A DNA stretch of 64,000 nt. It comes from an uncultured archaeon (GTDB taxonomy: Archaea > Asgardarchaeota > Thorarchaeia > Thorarchaeales > Thorarchaeaceae). The DNA is taken from contig CAYYQL010000010.1 in NCBI GenBank assembly GCA_964473825.1, positions 1 to 64,000 on the forward strand, given 5' to 3'. The translations under genes were made by a program, and so were the position numbers. Positions 48,696 through 58,837 of the stretch are shown here, in pieces (position 1 is the first letter of the stretch; each line of letters opens with the position of its first letter). The notes under the pieces were generated by a model that worked only from the letters and a program-made list of their open reading frames with translations, was not told where the DNA came from and did not search any database.

Positions 48696-49748
48696 GTGCC
48701 CGGGGATTCAAAGATGAAGATGAACTACAGAGAATTCTTGATGAGTGATTTGCTCGTCGTGTTTCGACCTGAAGATGTAGAGATGGAAGCCAAGGAGTTC
48801 ATGTCCACGTTCGCCTCTTATATGCAGGGAGCGGGGCTTGTGGGCAAGCGCCCAGATGGACATACGATATATCCAAGTAGGACTGCACCCGTCGATGAGG
48901 AGCATTCCAAGTTCTTCGACGACTGGGTCACTCTTGCGGATGCTCTCGAACTGAATTCCGCTTTGAGCATGGACTTCTACACAGATGCTTGGTTCGGTCG
49001 TGACCCGAAATATCAGACTGTCAATGCACGGGGGAACGCAATGAGCCACCAGATTTGCCCTAACCGGGAGGAGTTCTGGCAGTATGGCGCAGAGATTGTG
49101 AAGGAGATGGGATCATATCCAATCAATGAGGTTCTCTTATTCGGCACCGGTTTCATTAGAGACCAGTTCTGCTTCTGTGACCGCTGCAGGAAAGAATTTG
49201 CGCCCATGGTAAATCAGGAACCTGAGCGTCTGAGCTATCAGTATATCATTGAGAATCCTGACTATCACAAGAAGTGGCACAGCTGGAGAACAGACAAAGT
49301 AATGCAGGGCGTCATATACTTGCAGGACGCTGCAAGAGATGCCGATGAGATGGTTGGAAGAGAGAACCCCCTGAGGATTACCGTTGAGATTCTGATGGAT
49401 CCTGAAACCGGACTTGCAGAAGGAGGGAAGAACGAGTATGGCTATGACTATTCGCGAATCAACGAGATTACGGGTAACCTGCTAATCAACCTCTATCCTT
49501 GGTCACCACTTCTTCCCGGCAAAGGGAGTAAGGAGTACTCGGAGCTCGTTGAGTCTTTGTATTTCGTTAAAGAGTTCGAGCGCCGCGGAGGACATGTCTC
49601 ACTATTCCGATGGGGAGTCACTGAGATGGGCCAGGTGCGGGAGATGAAGGCAATTGCGCAAGATGCAGGTATTAGCCGACTCATTACAAGCTTCCACTAT
49701 CCGGCGGATTACTCAGCACGTCGTGAAGCTGCAATAGGCAACTATTGA
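48696..49748 (+). CDS. Glycoside hydrolase-like TIM-barrel protein with CxCxxC
   Basis: ICPNREE and FCFCDRCRKEF...W..WR pattern of GHL families. Confidence 0.55.
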   Translation: MPGDSKMKMNYREFLMSDLLVVFRPEDVEMEAKEFMSTFASYMQGAGLVGKRPDGHTIYPSRTAPVDEEHSKFFDDWVTLADALELNSALSMDFYTDAWFGRDPKYQTVNARGNAMSHQICPNREEFWQYGAEIVKEMGSYPINEVLLFGTGFIRDQFCFCDRCRKEFAPMVNQEPERLSYQYIIENPDYHKKWHSWRTDKVMQGVIYLQDAARDADEMVGRENPLRITVEILMDPETGLAEGGKNEYGYDYSRINEITGNLLINLYPWSPLLPGKGSKEYSELVESLYFVKEFERRGGHVSLFRWGVTEMGQVREMKAIAQDAGISRLITSFHYPADYSARREAAIGNY

Positions 49749-50620
49749 GAAGCTCCGCAGTATGGGCATCTCCCTGTCCCCCTCTCTATGGTTCGCCCGC
49801 AAGAGAAACAGAAAGAGGGTCGTGATTGTTCACCCTCCATTTCCTCGTTGAATGGGCTCAACTCACCTTGGGTAAATAGTGCTCCTAACCCCTCAACTGA
49901 TTCATCGGTGTTCAGGTTGCAGCCACCGAATGAGCCACTCCCACTTCTTCCATGATCCTTGAATCGGCGTCTATCCAAAGGAACCTCTTTGAATGGTTCT
50001 CTTTCTCGACTAGGGTGCCTGGATGCTGCTCGTGCTGATTCTTGCCTATCCCGCCCATCGCGATAATGACTCTCACTTGATGACTCTCTCCGGTCGCGGT
50101 CTTGAAGTGCGCGGTCCAGAGTATCGAAATCGCGCCTGTAATCATCGGAGCCAAATCCTGTGTCGATGGCTGGTCTATTCACCGAACGCCCGTTAACGTC
50201 ATAATTCCACTGACTGCCTGTCGGACTGAATCCTTTTGATGCGTCCATGAACATGGAGTGGGAACCACTCTTCAGCTGCTCGTAATCCTCCTTGGTCAGG
50301 CTTAGCACCTCAAGAGCGCGATCCCGCTCTGCACAACGTTTTGAGAGGGGACAACAATATGCTAGGCTTCCATGACATAGCGATGCCATGGCCCTCTCTT
50401 GGCTTGACTTAAAAATAGGCGTTATTCTCTTTCTTCCAAGGACAAGCGAGTCGCCGTTTGCCCTGAGTTCGGCGTATCCACTTTGGGCTAGAGCCTCCAC
50501 AAGCTCTCTTGCAGGATAGGCTTTTCCCTCGATTACTACGAATCCTTCTGTCCTATCGAGTCTAACTGGTCGTTCACTGTCTCGCTCTTCGCGGTAGGAA
50601 TCGTATTTCGTAATGGCCAC
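49742..50620 (-). CDS. Protein with a Cys-rich methanogenesis-marker-9-like module and a C-terminal zinc ribbon
   Basis: CHGSLAYCCPLSKRCAERDRAL...EDYEQLK; CFSC...CPYC. Confidence 0.6.
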   Translation of the reverse strand: MAITKYDSYREERDSERPVRLDRTEGFVVIEGKAYPARELVEALAQSGYAELRANGDSLVLGRKRITPIFKSSQERAMASLCHGSLAYCCPLSKRCAERDRALEVLSLTKEDYEQLKSGSHSMFMDASKGFSPTGSQWNYDVNGRSVNRPAIDTGFGSDDYRRDFDTLDRALQDRDRRESSSESHYRDGRDRQESARAASRHPSREREPFKEVPLDRRRFKDHGRSGSGSFGGCNLNTDESVEGLGALFTQGELSPFNEEMEGEQSRPSFCFSCGRTIERGTGRCPYCGASQ

Positions 50621-50783
50621 CTCAGAGTGAAATGCAGATGAAACCAGGCATTATGGAAATACAACTCCGAGTATTACGCCAGTAATTCTCACGTGATGGG
50701 GCCTGGGCAGACAAGACTTTCGCAAACTATATCTTCTGTAACTCCAATCTACTTGATATCCGGTCAATTAGGAGAGATAGAAA

Positions 50784-51167
50784 ATGGGTGCGAAAGCTGA
50801 AGGTGCTGCACAAGGATATACTCTACTAGGAGCAATAGTGCTTGTTGTATTTGCTTTACTCCAGCTGCTGATTCCAGGAGTCAACGCGGCTCTGGGTGGT
50901 AGTTTCGATGGGGTCATCAATACTGTTCTTGGTATTCTTTTACTGCTTATGGCATTGCTGGGAATAGACGCATGTGGATTCATCTACTGGAAAATCAGAC
51001 GGAGCGGAGCTCTACTTGCTCTCTTTGGATTCCTCTCCATTGTCATAGTTGGCAGAGGGCTTAATTTTGACATCTTGTCTTGGCTTCAGAATATCGGCAT
51101 GCTAGCAGGCCTCATGTTCCTCATCGCAGGTCTTCTTATAATGACGAGAAGCAGTCCGCGTGGGTGA
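50784..51167 (+). CDS. Small 4-TM membrane protein
   Basis: Gly/Leu-rich hydrophobic helices. Confidence 0.7.
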   Translation: MGAKAEGAAQGYTLLGAIVLVVFALLQLLIPGVNAALGGSFDGVINTVLGILLLLMALLGIDACGFIYWKIRRSGALLALFGFLSIVIVGRGLNFDILSWLQNIGMLAGLMFLIAGLLIMTRSSPRG

Positions 51168-51550
51168 TTCCGGTTAACAGCTCAGAGGAAGATGCTCTTC
51201 GCATCGGTGAAGTCATGGTTCTGACGGGGGGAGGCATTGACCTAGTAATCGGTGCGCTCTTCTTCCTCAATTTCGGGGTATTCGTCAGCTTCGGTATTCC
51301 ATATGTCGATCTGAGCGTAATCTTTCTCGGTCTGGGATCCATCCTGCAGGGCTTGGTCCTCGTGATTCTCTCTGCGCTTGTTCTCTGGACACGAGGCAGC
51401 ATCCACCTGGATTTCATCCGATCGACCAGAGCTTGGCAGTTTCTTCTTATCATTGGCCTCATAATGATGCTCTTTGGTGGTCACATCGGCGCAATACTCA
51501 TAGTTCTCGGAGCGGTTCTGCAGAGTCGTATCTATCATCCGCCTGAATAG
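51164..51550 (+). CDS. Small membrane protein
   Basis: GTGA overlap with the previous stop; similar to 53147-53482. Confidence 0.65.
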   Translation: MIPVNSSEEDALRIGEVMVLTGGGIDLVIGALFFLNFGVFVSFGIPYVDLSVIFLGLGSILQGLVLVILSALVLWTRGSIHLDFIRSTRAWQFLLIIGLIMMLFGGHIGAILIVLGAVLQSRIYHPPE

Positions 51551-51677
51551 ACTGTACACTGTCCGATTCAAATGGATCACCGTCTGTAGGCTATAGGGTT
51601 GTTTAGGTGGCCGGCATAGCAAATTAGATAACACAGGTTCTATCTGGCAGCGCGTGTCGATTCCGTGGATTGTGTAG

Positions 51678-53033
51678 ATGATGGACGAAAAGGACTTCGA
51701 TCTTTTGGAAGAATTGGGCTTCAGGGATATTGGTCCAGATAAGATGACGAATGATTACTGGAAGAAACGTGGTGCCGATACTCTGGCAATCACTACTCAA
51801 GCACGTGACATATACGGATGTCTGGATCATACTAGGGGTGAGGGGCTGGATCTCTATGACATAGAGGGCACAAAGTACCTTGACATGACCGGCGGGGTGG
51901 CGGTTCGTGCACTTGGCCTCCGGTACAAGCCCTTCATGGATTTCGAGATACGGGTCAACGATGTCATCAAGGAACTGCCAGGTATGGACTTTGATGCCAT
52001 CCCTCAGACTCTATTGGCCGAGAAGATTATCTCATTAATCGCTGGTAATGGCAGGAGACGGGTGACGTTCACAACATCTGGCAGCCGGGCCGTAGAGGGC
52101 TGTATGAAGTCGGCCATGGACTTGAGTAACAAGAACCGGTTCATTGGGTTTCGCCCCGCTTTTCATGGACGAACTGGATACGCGCTCGCCGTTACAGCAT
52201 CCAATTCCAAGCACAAAGTAGGCTATCCTCAGGGGGTCGACGTGATTCGTGTATTCTACCCTTACTGCTATCGTTGCCCCTATGGACAGAATGTTGAGGA
52301 CTGCAACATCGAATGTGTGGAGGCTCTGCGCTACGCCCTCCAAGTTGAGGGTAATGACATTGCAGCGACAGTAATGGAGCCATTATGTGGTGAGGGTGGG
52401 TTGATTGTACCACCGAAGAAGGCAGTACAGGGCATCCATGAGGTCACAAAAGACATTGGTGCATACTTGATATCGGATGAGGTACAGGCCGGAATGGGTC
52501 GAACAGGGAAATGGTGTGCCATTGAGCACTTCGACATAACGCCCGACTACGTGGCACTTGCGAAGGCATTGGGCGGTGGCTATCCTCTAGGTGCCTCTAT
52601 TGGCCCAGCTCCTATGTTCACAGGACCTGCTCGTCACTCTGAGACCTTCTCTGCTGAACCGAAGATGTCTCTCATCGCGCTGTGGCATCTGAAACACATA
52701 GAAGATGGAGGATATCTCGAGAGAAATGTTGAGATGGGCAACTACCTAATGCAACGCCTGAACGAACTGAAGGAGAAACATGAAGTCATTGGCGATGTTC
52801 GAGGGATGGGCCTTATGGTAGGAATCGAGCTTGTCAAAGATCCGAAGACGAAGGAGAAGGCCATTGATTATCGAAATAGGCTGGTGAAGAATCTGGTCCA
52901 GAAACAGAAGCTATGGGTTCTCGGTTCGGGCCAGAACTGTATTCGATTCACTCCGAGCTACGTAATAACGAAAGAGCAGATTGATGACATGGCAGAACGC
53001 CTTGACAACGCTCTCTCAACAACTGATCTTTGA
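51678..53033 (+). CDS. Class III PLP-dependent aminotransferase
   Basis: FHGRT, EPLCGEGG, DEVQAGMGRTG, AKALGGG, DVRGMGLM. Confidence 0.93.
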   Translation: MMDEKDFDLLEELGFRDIGPDKMTNDYWKKRGADTLAITTQARDIYGCLDHTRGEGLDLYDIEGTKYLDMTGGVAVRALGLRYKPFMDFEIRVNDVIKELPGMDFDAIPQTLLAEKIISLIAGNGRRRVTFTTSGSRAVEGCMKSAMDLSNKNRFIGFRPAFHGRTGYALAVTASNSKHKVGYPQGVDVIRVFYPYCYRCPYGQNVEDCNIECVEALRYALQVEGNDIAATVMEPLCGEGGLIVPPKKAVQGIHEVTKDIGAYLISDEVQAGMGRTGKWCAIEHFDITPDYVALAKALGGGYPLGASIGPAPMFTGPARHSETFSAEPKMSLIALWHLKHIEDGGYLERNVEMGNYLMQRLNELKEKHEVIGDVRGMGLMVGIELVKDPKTKEKAIDYRNRLVKNLVQKQKLWVLGSGQNCIRFTPSYVITKEQIDDMAERLDNALSTTDL

Positions 53034-53146
53034 AAGGAGAAGACCTTCGACGGTTAGCTAGAACTCCTATCTGACCCCGAGGGACATGGAAAAAGAAAGA
53101 GTGTCCATACCATAAGCATATCTCAATGGTATGGACCAGTACTTCT

Positions 53147-53482
53147 CTATAGCAGCATCAGGATGGCGCCAACAATCACTAGGATTCCTGGCAGACCGCC
53201 TCCGAAGACGTAGAGGAGGATTCCCAGAATCAACATGATTATCCAATTCTTCTCCAACTTCAGAGCAGGTATGTTGATCACTCCACTTGTTGTCAAGACA
53301 ACAAGAGAGAGTATGATGAGGATTATTCCGGTGATCAGACCACCAAGAAGACCCCCTATACCCAGACCTGGAAGGAGAGCAAAACCCATTCCCAATATCT
53401 GCAGAATCCCATATAGCAGACCAAGGAGTCCGCCTATGAGGCACAACAGCTCACCAATCTTCGTAGTTTGACTCTTTACCAT
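53147..53482 (-). CDS. Small membrane protein
   Basis: IGELLCLIGG...FGGGLPGILVIVGAIL parallels 51164-51550. Confidence 0.7.
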   Translation of the reverse strand: MVKSQTTKIGELLCLIGGLLGLLYGILQILGMGFALLPGLGIGGLLGGLITGIILIILSLVVLTTSGVINIPALKLEKNWIIMLILGILLYVFGGGLPGILVIVGAILMLL

Positions 53483-53688
53483 TATATTCACTCCGCTCTC
53501 GAGAGCATAGTTATTGAAGGGCGCTAGGATATAACTATAATGCACTCTTTTGAATGCAGATTTAGACAATTGCCGTATTTGCAAGAGTTGTTCTGTGGGA
53601 TGTAACCTTCGATTCCATCCATAGTGCGGCTAGATTAATAACTGCGTGCAGTTATTTGGCCTCTGTCTACCACGGAGATTGACATTCA

Positions 53689-55035
53689 TTGGATATATCG
53701 TCGGACTCCTCCTGTGGAGAGGACTCATCGAGTGAACATGATGGGCTATTGGAGATTGAAGGTGATATCGATCCGAAGAAAGAGATTCCTGATGGTTCAC
53801 GTATTCTGGTTATCAGTAATGACCAGTCGTACCTGACTCATGGGATACACAAATTTCCTGCCAAGTTCTTCCCGGAGTTACCTCGATACTTGATCAGGAT
53901 GTATTCTCATCGGATGGATTCTGTACTCGATCCCATGTGCGGCAGTGGAACGGTTGTGTTGGAGGCTATGCTTAGCCAGAGGAGAGCAATTGGTATAGAT
54001 ATTGATCCGATTGCCCGTCTCGTCACACGCGTCAAGACCACGCCTCTGAATCCGGATACGCTTGTGTTGGCAACAGAGCGTCTGAGCCAAGAATTGAATG
54101 CCCGATTTGCTTCGGGTCATCAGCCGCCAATACCAGAATTCCATTATCGTGATTCTTGGTTTCAGTCTCACGTGTTACGAGAACTGGGCATCATCTTAGA
54201 ATGTATCAGAGACCGTGAGCTATGGGCTGAGGGTATTGAAACACGCGAACAGGATAGGTTGTTCAACTTCTTTCGAGTAATGTTCTCCTCCATCGTGCGT
54301 GGCGTGTCAAATGCCGATCCTCACTGTACGCGAACCGTCATTCGCAAGAACAATATCCGCAACATACGTTCTGGAGAAACATTGCAGGAGTTCTCTGAAG
54401 TCCTGGAGGCACAGATCGATGCAATGAGTGAGTTCTGGACACTCTATAATGAGGTTGCCCCTCCCTCACCGAGTCTGCCACGAAGCACAGCAACAGAAAC
54501 GGGCTTGGAGGCACAGTCTATCGACCTTGCTATCACCTCGCCGCCCTACATCAATGCAGTAGACTATCCACGAACGCACCAGCTAGAGATGTACTGGTTA
54601 GACATGGTTCCGGATGGTCCTCTCTCTCAGATGAAACGGAAGTACATAGGGACAGAAACAGTCTACAAAGAGGACTACAAGAATCTCCATGTTTCTGGTC
54701 TGGATTCGCTTGACCGACTGCTCGAGTCCATCTTCAAGGTCGACCCCAGACGATCCTATATCGTATACAAGTTCTTCAAAGATATGGAGGAGCAATTCTT
54801 TGAGATGCGTCGAGTCTTGAGGTCTGATGCGCGCTATTGCGTTGTGATTGGCAACAATGTCATCCGTGGCCATGAGATTCCTTCTCAAGATATCCTCTCC
54901 GAAATAGCGGTTAGACATGTGGGGTTCGAGCTGGAGAAGCGCTTCTTCTCTGGTCTCATCAGACATTTCATCAGGATCCCTCGTCCTGAGAGAATGAACG
55001 GCGAATGGGTGTTGGTGTTCAGAAAGCCGTCCTAG
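53689..55035 (+). CDS. Amino-DNA methyltransferase (N4-cytosine type)
   Basis: HKFPAKF, DPMCGSGT (motif I), ITSPPY (motif IV). Confidence 0.88.
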   Translation: MDISSDSSCGEDSSSEHDGLLEIEGDIDPKKEIPDGSRILVISNDQSYLTHGIHKFPAKFFPELPRYLIRMYSHRMDSVLDPMCGSGTVVLEAMLSQRRAIGIDIDPIARLVTRVKTTPLNPDTLVLATERLSQELNARFASGHQPPIPEFHYRDSWFQSHVLRELGIILECIRDRELWAEGIETREQDRLFNFFRVMFSSIVRGVSNADPHCTRTVIRKNNIRNIRSGETLQEFSEVLEAQIDAMSEFWTLYNEVAPPSPSLPRSTATETGLEAQSIDLAITSPPYINAVDYPRTHQLEMYWLDMVPDGPLSQMKRKYIGTETVYKEDYKNLHVSGLDSLDRLLESIFKVDPRRSYIVYKFFKDMEEQFFEMRRVLRSDARYCVVIGNNVIRGHEIPSQDILSEIAVRHVGFELEKRFFSGLIRHFIRIPRPERMNGEWVLVFRKPS

Positions 55036-55133
55036 TTCCCGAGAAGCAATCCTTAAGTGGAAACACGTAAGGTCATGCACAACATAACTAAGGAGGTCTA
55101 CTATAGACATGGCAACAATTCAATGGAGGAATC

Positions 55134-55367
55134 GTGTTTGCCCGTCGCTCATTCTTGTCACTACCTCCCTCCGCCAAATTCCTGTACGTGCTGCTTAAGC
55201 GCGAGCGACGTATGTCGCGGCAGGATTTGATCAGCACAACCTACCTGCCTCCCCGAACGGTCAACTATGGTCTGAGCCGATTGAAGGATCTGGGTCTGGT
55301 CAAGGAAAAGGAGCATGCTGAAGACGGAAGGATGGCAGTATATGAGCTCACGGAAACGCCTTTCTAG
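55134..55367 (+). CDS. Small winged-helix (MarR-like) regulator
   Basis: LPPSAK...LPPRTVNYGLSRLKDLGLV...DGR..VY. Confidence 0.8.
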   Translation: MFARRSFLSLPPSAKFLYVLLKRERRMSRQDLISTTYLPPRTVNYGLSRLKDLGLVKEKEHAEDGRMAVYELTETPF

Positions 55368-55460
55368 CCCACAACCAAGGTCAGAGACACGAGCGATAAG
55401 CCAAAAGCCTCATAATCTGTTAACTCCCGACTTGACTAGTCCCAATGCGAGGATGCAGTA

Positions 55461-56816
55461 ATGAAGTTCTATGAAGATGCAGGTGTGCACCCTATTGGTG
55501 CCAAAAGGACTCACTACACCATCGAACTGAGTCCAGACAATGTCGGCGAAACGGTGGTTCTCTTCGGCTGGGTTCATATTCTCCGTGATAAGGGTGGAAT
55601 CAAGTTTCTCATCCTCAGAGATGAACGCGGTCTGATTCAGGTCACCATTCCTAAGAAGAAAGTCACCTCTGAGGTATTCGAGGTCTCTGACAGCCTTGGC
55701 GCGGAGTACGCCGTCGAGGTCATCGGGGAAGTAGTTTCAACGAAGCACACAGAGTCTGGCATAGAGATCATTCCTAGTTCGCTCAAGGTGATCAATACAT
55801 CGGAACGACTGCCAATTGATGTTGTCGAGGACAAAGTGGATATCGACCTTGATACAAGGCTGAACTATAGAATTCTTGACCTGCGGAAACCTCGCGTCAA
55901 TGCAGTGTTCAGAGTGCAGCATAGTCTTGCAAGATTCTCCCGAGAATACCTTGAGAGAGATGGATTTGTGGAGATTCATACGCCAAAAATAGTGGCCGAG
56001 TCCACAGAGGGAGGTGCGAACCTCTTCGAGATCAAGTATTTCGACAGACCGGCCTATCTGGCACAAAGCCCACAGTTCTACAAACAGCTCATGCTCCTCG
56101 CTGGCTTTGGCAAGGTCTTTGAGATTGGCCCCGTCTTCCGAGCAGAGAAACACAATACACGCCGTCATGTCAACGAATACACATCATTCGACTTGGAGAT
56201 GGCATGGATCAGCAGTGTAGAAGACATCATGGAAGTGGAAGAGAAGATGCTTCATTATGCCTTCCAGAAGACCGCTGAAACGGCATCCACCGAACTGGAA
56301 CTACTCGGGGTGCAGCTAGAAGTGCCCTCTCTTCCTTTCAAACGAATCAAGTACTCGGAGGCAATCGATATCCTTCGGGATGAGGGGAAAGAGATAACCC
56401 TTGAAGACGATCTCGATCCTGAGAGCGAGAGGATTCTTGGTGAAGTTTTTCCGGAGAGATTCGGGACCAACATGGTCTTCATCACACAGTATCCTCTGGA
56501 ACTACGTCCCGCCTATACAATGCCAAGTATGACGGATGAGGGCATGACTGAGAGCTTCGATTTGACCTACAAGGGAATGGAGATCACAACAGGTGGTCAA
56601 CGGATACATCTCTATGACTTGCTTGTGGAACGCTTCAAGGCCAAGGGGTTCAATCCGGATCATTTCACCTTCTATCTCGAACCCTTCAAATTCGGTGCTC
56701 CTCCACACGGAGGATTTGGCCTTGGTCTCGAGAGACTAACAATGCAGCTGTTGGGCATCGAGAATATCCGAGAGGCAACACTTCTTCCGAGAGATCGAGA
56801 TCGGCTCATGCCATAG
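55461..56816 (+). CDS. aspS: Aspartyl-tRNA synthetase (archaeal type)
   Basis: GWVH OB fold, LAQSPQFYKQ, FRAE, GAPPHGGFGLGLER, PRD. Confidence 0.93.
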   Translation: MKFYEDAGVHPIGAKRTHYTIELSPDNVGETVVLFGWVHILRDKGGIKFLILRDERGLIQVTIPKKKVTSEVFEVSDSLGAEYAVEVIGEVVSTKHTESGIEIIPSSLKVINTSERLPIDVVEDKVDIDLDTRLNYRILDLRKPRVNAVFRVQHSLARFSREYLERDGFVEIHTPKIVAESTEGGANLFEIKYFDRPAYLAQSPQFYKQLMLLAGFGKVFEIGPVFRAEKHNTRRHVNEYTSFDLEMAWISSVEDIMEVEEKMLHYAFQKTAETASTELELLGVQLEVPSLPFKRIKYSEAIDILRDEGKEITLEDDLDPESERILGEVFPERFGTNMVFITQYPLELRPAYTMPSMTDEGMTESFDLTYKGMEITTGGQRIHLYDLLVERFKAKGFNPDHFTFYLEPFKFGAPPHGGFGLGLERLTMQLLGIENIREATLLPRDRDRLMP

Positions 56817-56912
56817 CGGTCAGCCGAACAAAGAATGGCTCCATTGGCTTTCTTACGGCATCAGACAGATCGCCAAGACAACTTAGTCCGCGTTTTGGCC
56901 CCTCAGCCGAGA

Positions 56913-57608
56913 CTAGGTGATGGAATGGAGATGGGCTCTTCCGCGTCTACCTACTAGCTTCACGATTCCTATCTTTCTGAGAGTGTACGTCATTTTCCTT
57001 GCCAGCGCAGGTGGCCGCTTGATTTGCTCTGCGAGTTCAGCATTGGTGAACGGACTCGTCAGGTCTTCTGGGATGAGTTTCAGTAAGTCTGATGGGCTCT
57101 CAAACAACTGACTATCCACTACTTCCACTAGATTAGTATCAACGATACTCCAACCTCTGCGTCTCCAACTTCCATGCCCGTCCTGCCTGCGAGTCTCCTC
57201 TGCCCTGACCTGCAGGACATCAATACTGAAACGAGCATGTTCAATGAGTCTGGGAAGGTAGACCATCTCATAGAAGACGTCGTGGAAACTCTCCTTCTTG
57301 GGTGAGAGACGCTTCTCAATTACTTCTGATCCATCTGGTGTTTCTTTCACTATGTACTTCTCTGATATCACAGGATAGACCAGGCGCACTCTGTGTCTGG
57401 TGAGAAGATCCCGGAGTTTCGCTTTGATCGCTGAGAAACTTGTGGTCTGTATCTCGATTAAGAGATCATCTCGTACGATATCGATTACATAACCATCTAC
57501 CTCGAACTCAACACAATCGCCAGGTTCTGTATACCACTCCTTCAGTCCGGCATGGAGTGAGCGCTCTTGTAGCGTTCCGATATGCGGGCTCGAGGGATTT
57601 TTCGCCAT
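56913..57608 (-). CDS. PD-(D/E)xK nuclease-like protein with C-terminal wHTH
   Basis: ERSLH...E..VDGYVIDI...LIEIQT. Confidence 0.7.
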   Translation of the reverse strand: MAKNPSSPHIGTLQERSLHAGLKEWYTEPGDCVEFEVDGYVIDIVRDDLLIEIQTTSFSAIKAKLRDLLTRHRVRLVYPVISEKYIVKETPDGSEVIEKRLSPKKESFHDVFYEMVYLPRLIEHARFSIDVLQVRAEETRRQDGHGSWRRRGWSIVDTNLVEVVDSQLFESPSDLLKLIPEDLTSPFTNAELAEQIKRPPALARKMTYTLRKIGIVKLVGRRGRAHLHSIT

Positions 57609-57733
57609 ATTACTGCACTCGCTGTACACAATCTCCAGCTTTCCACTTGGGATGAACAGGCCAATAGTCGGGGTGAAAAAAGACACGGCCGAGGATTCAG
57701 CCCACGGCCTATTCTAGATGGCGGATATCGCTT

Positions 57734-57898
57734 CTATTCCTTCAGCGTCAAGTCGTCACCGCAACAAGTGAAACTACAGCCGCACTGGTCCTCGTCGTTG
57801 CAGCACTCCGTACACTCGCTGAGGATTTTGATTTCAAGTCCACAGGTCTCGCATGCATAGACCTGTCCTTTTTTCATATCATGACAATGTAGTGACAT
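57734..57898 (-). CDS. Small Cys-rich metal-binding protein (desulforedoxin-like)
   Basis: GQVYACETCG...FTCCGDDL with an extra Cys-rich loop. Confidence 0.75.
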   Translation of the reverse strand: MSLHCHDMKKGQVYACETCGLEIKILSECTECCNDEDQCGCSFTCCGDDLTLKE

Positions 57899-58074
57899 TT
57901 CTTCAACCTCTCCACAATTTCGTGTCTTCCCGATATGTTTTGTACATATGTTCTTTGTGCTATCTCGAAGCGTTGTGCTTGGGTTGGTGCTCAATAATAC
58001 TCCCTCTTAAAGGAGGCTGCTTCCAACTCACTCTAGTATAGAGTCGACCGTATAAACGCGAGGTAGCAATAGAG

Positions 58075-58833
58075 ATGGATGATCATGTTGAATCTGAGCT
58101 CTACGCGTCGATAGCCACGCTGGATCAGTTCAAGAAGATGTTCGACATGGGCGCTGTGGATGTTCGTTCCTACGAGCGCGAATCAGAGGCTCTTGTCATG
58201 GATATCCGAGAGAATCTTGATAGATTGCGTCGGATGGGCAGAGATGTAACCGGATTCTTTGAGAGTGAGGGCATTGTTTCCCGTTTTCCCGAAGCCGCAG
58301 GAGTGCTTCGAATTCTACCACAACAGTCTGCTGCTTCCATGCAGGGGATGACGTCGGATGAATACTATGACTACATTGGTCTGGCGGTGCTTGACGTTGC
58401 AACTGAGAACGCAACAAAGGGTCTTATGGGTTTGGCAGAGCTGATTGTGGACGTTGTACGACGAACCCCCGAACTCAAATCCGTCAGCTATAATGATGTG
58501 ATAGAGGCAGTGGATCGAGTTGCAGAGCACGGTCTCATTCCAGGAATTCGAACACTAAGCGGAGGCGTCAAAGTTGTTGAATTGAGGCCTTTGGAACTTC
58601 GGCAAGACCAGGCTGATGTCATCAATCTCGCAGCGTCCAAAGGATTTGTTTCTATTGAGGAAGTAATCATGAAGCTGAAATGGTCTGAAGACCACGCTCG
58701 AACCGTCCTCTCAAGCCTTGTGGAGGCAGGCATGGCTGTGGCCGACATCCGATTCAGCACGGGGGGAAGATACTACTTTCCCGGCCTAAGATCAAGGACA
58801 GATGTTGACTCGAATGGCAAGCATAACCGCTAG
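58075..58833 (+). CDS. ESCRT protein: Vps28-N-like domain fused to a Vps22/36 (EAP30) domain
   Basis: N-terminal ELYASIATLDQFKKMFDMGAVDVRSYE. C-terminal DEYYDYIG...GLMGLAEL...VSYNDVIEAV...LKWSEDHARTVLSSLVEAGMAVAD...YYFPG. Confidence 0.8.
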   Translation: MDDHVESELYASIATLDQFKKMFDMGAVDVRSYERESEALVMDIRENLDRLRRMGRDVTGFFESEGIVSRFPEAAGVLRILPQQSAASMQGMTSDEYYDYIGLAVLDVATENATKGLMGLAELIVDVVRRTPELKSVSYNDVIEAVDRVAEHGLIPGIRTLSGGVKVVELRPLELRQDQADVINLAASKGFVSIEEVIMKLKWSEDHARTVLSSLVEAGMAVADIRFSTGGRYYFPGLRSRTDVDSNGKHNR

Positions 58834-58837
58834 CCTG

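Noticed and set aside
53689-57608. Methyltransferase + PD-(D/E)xK gene as a restriction-modification pair
   Set aside because: The genes are separated by a regulator and aspS and lie on opposite strands.
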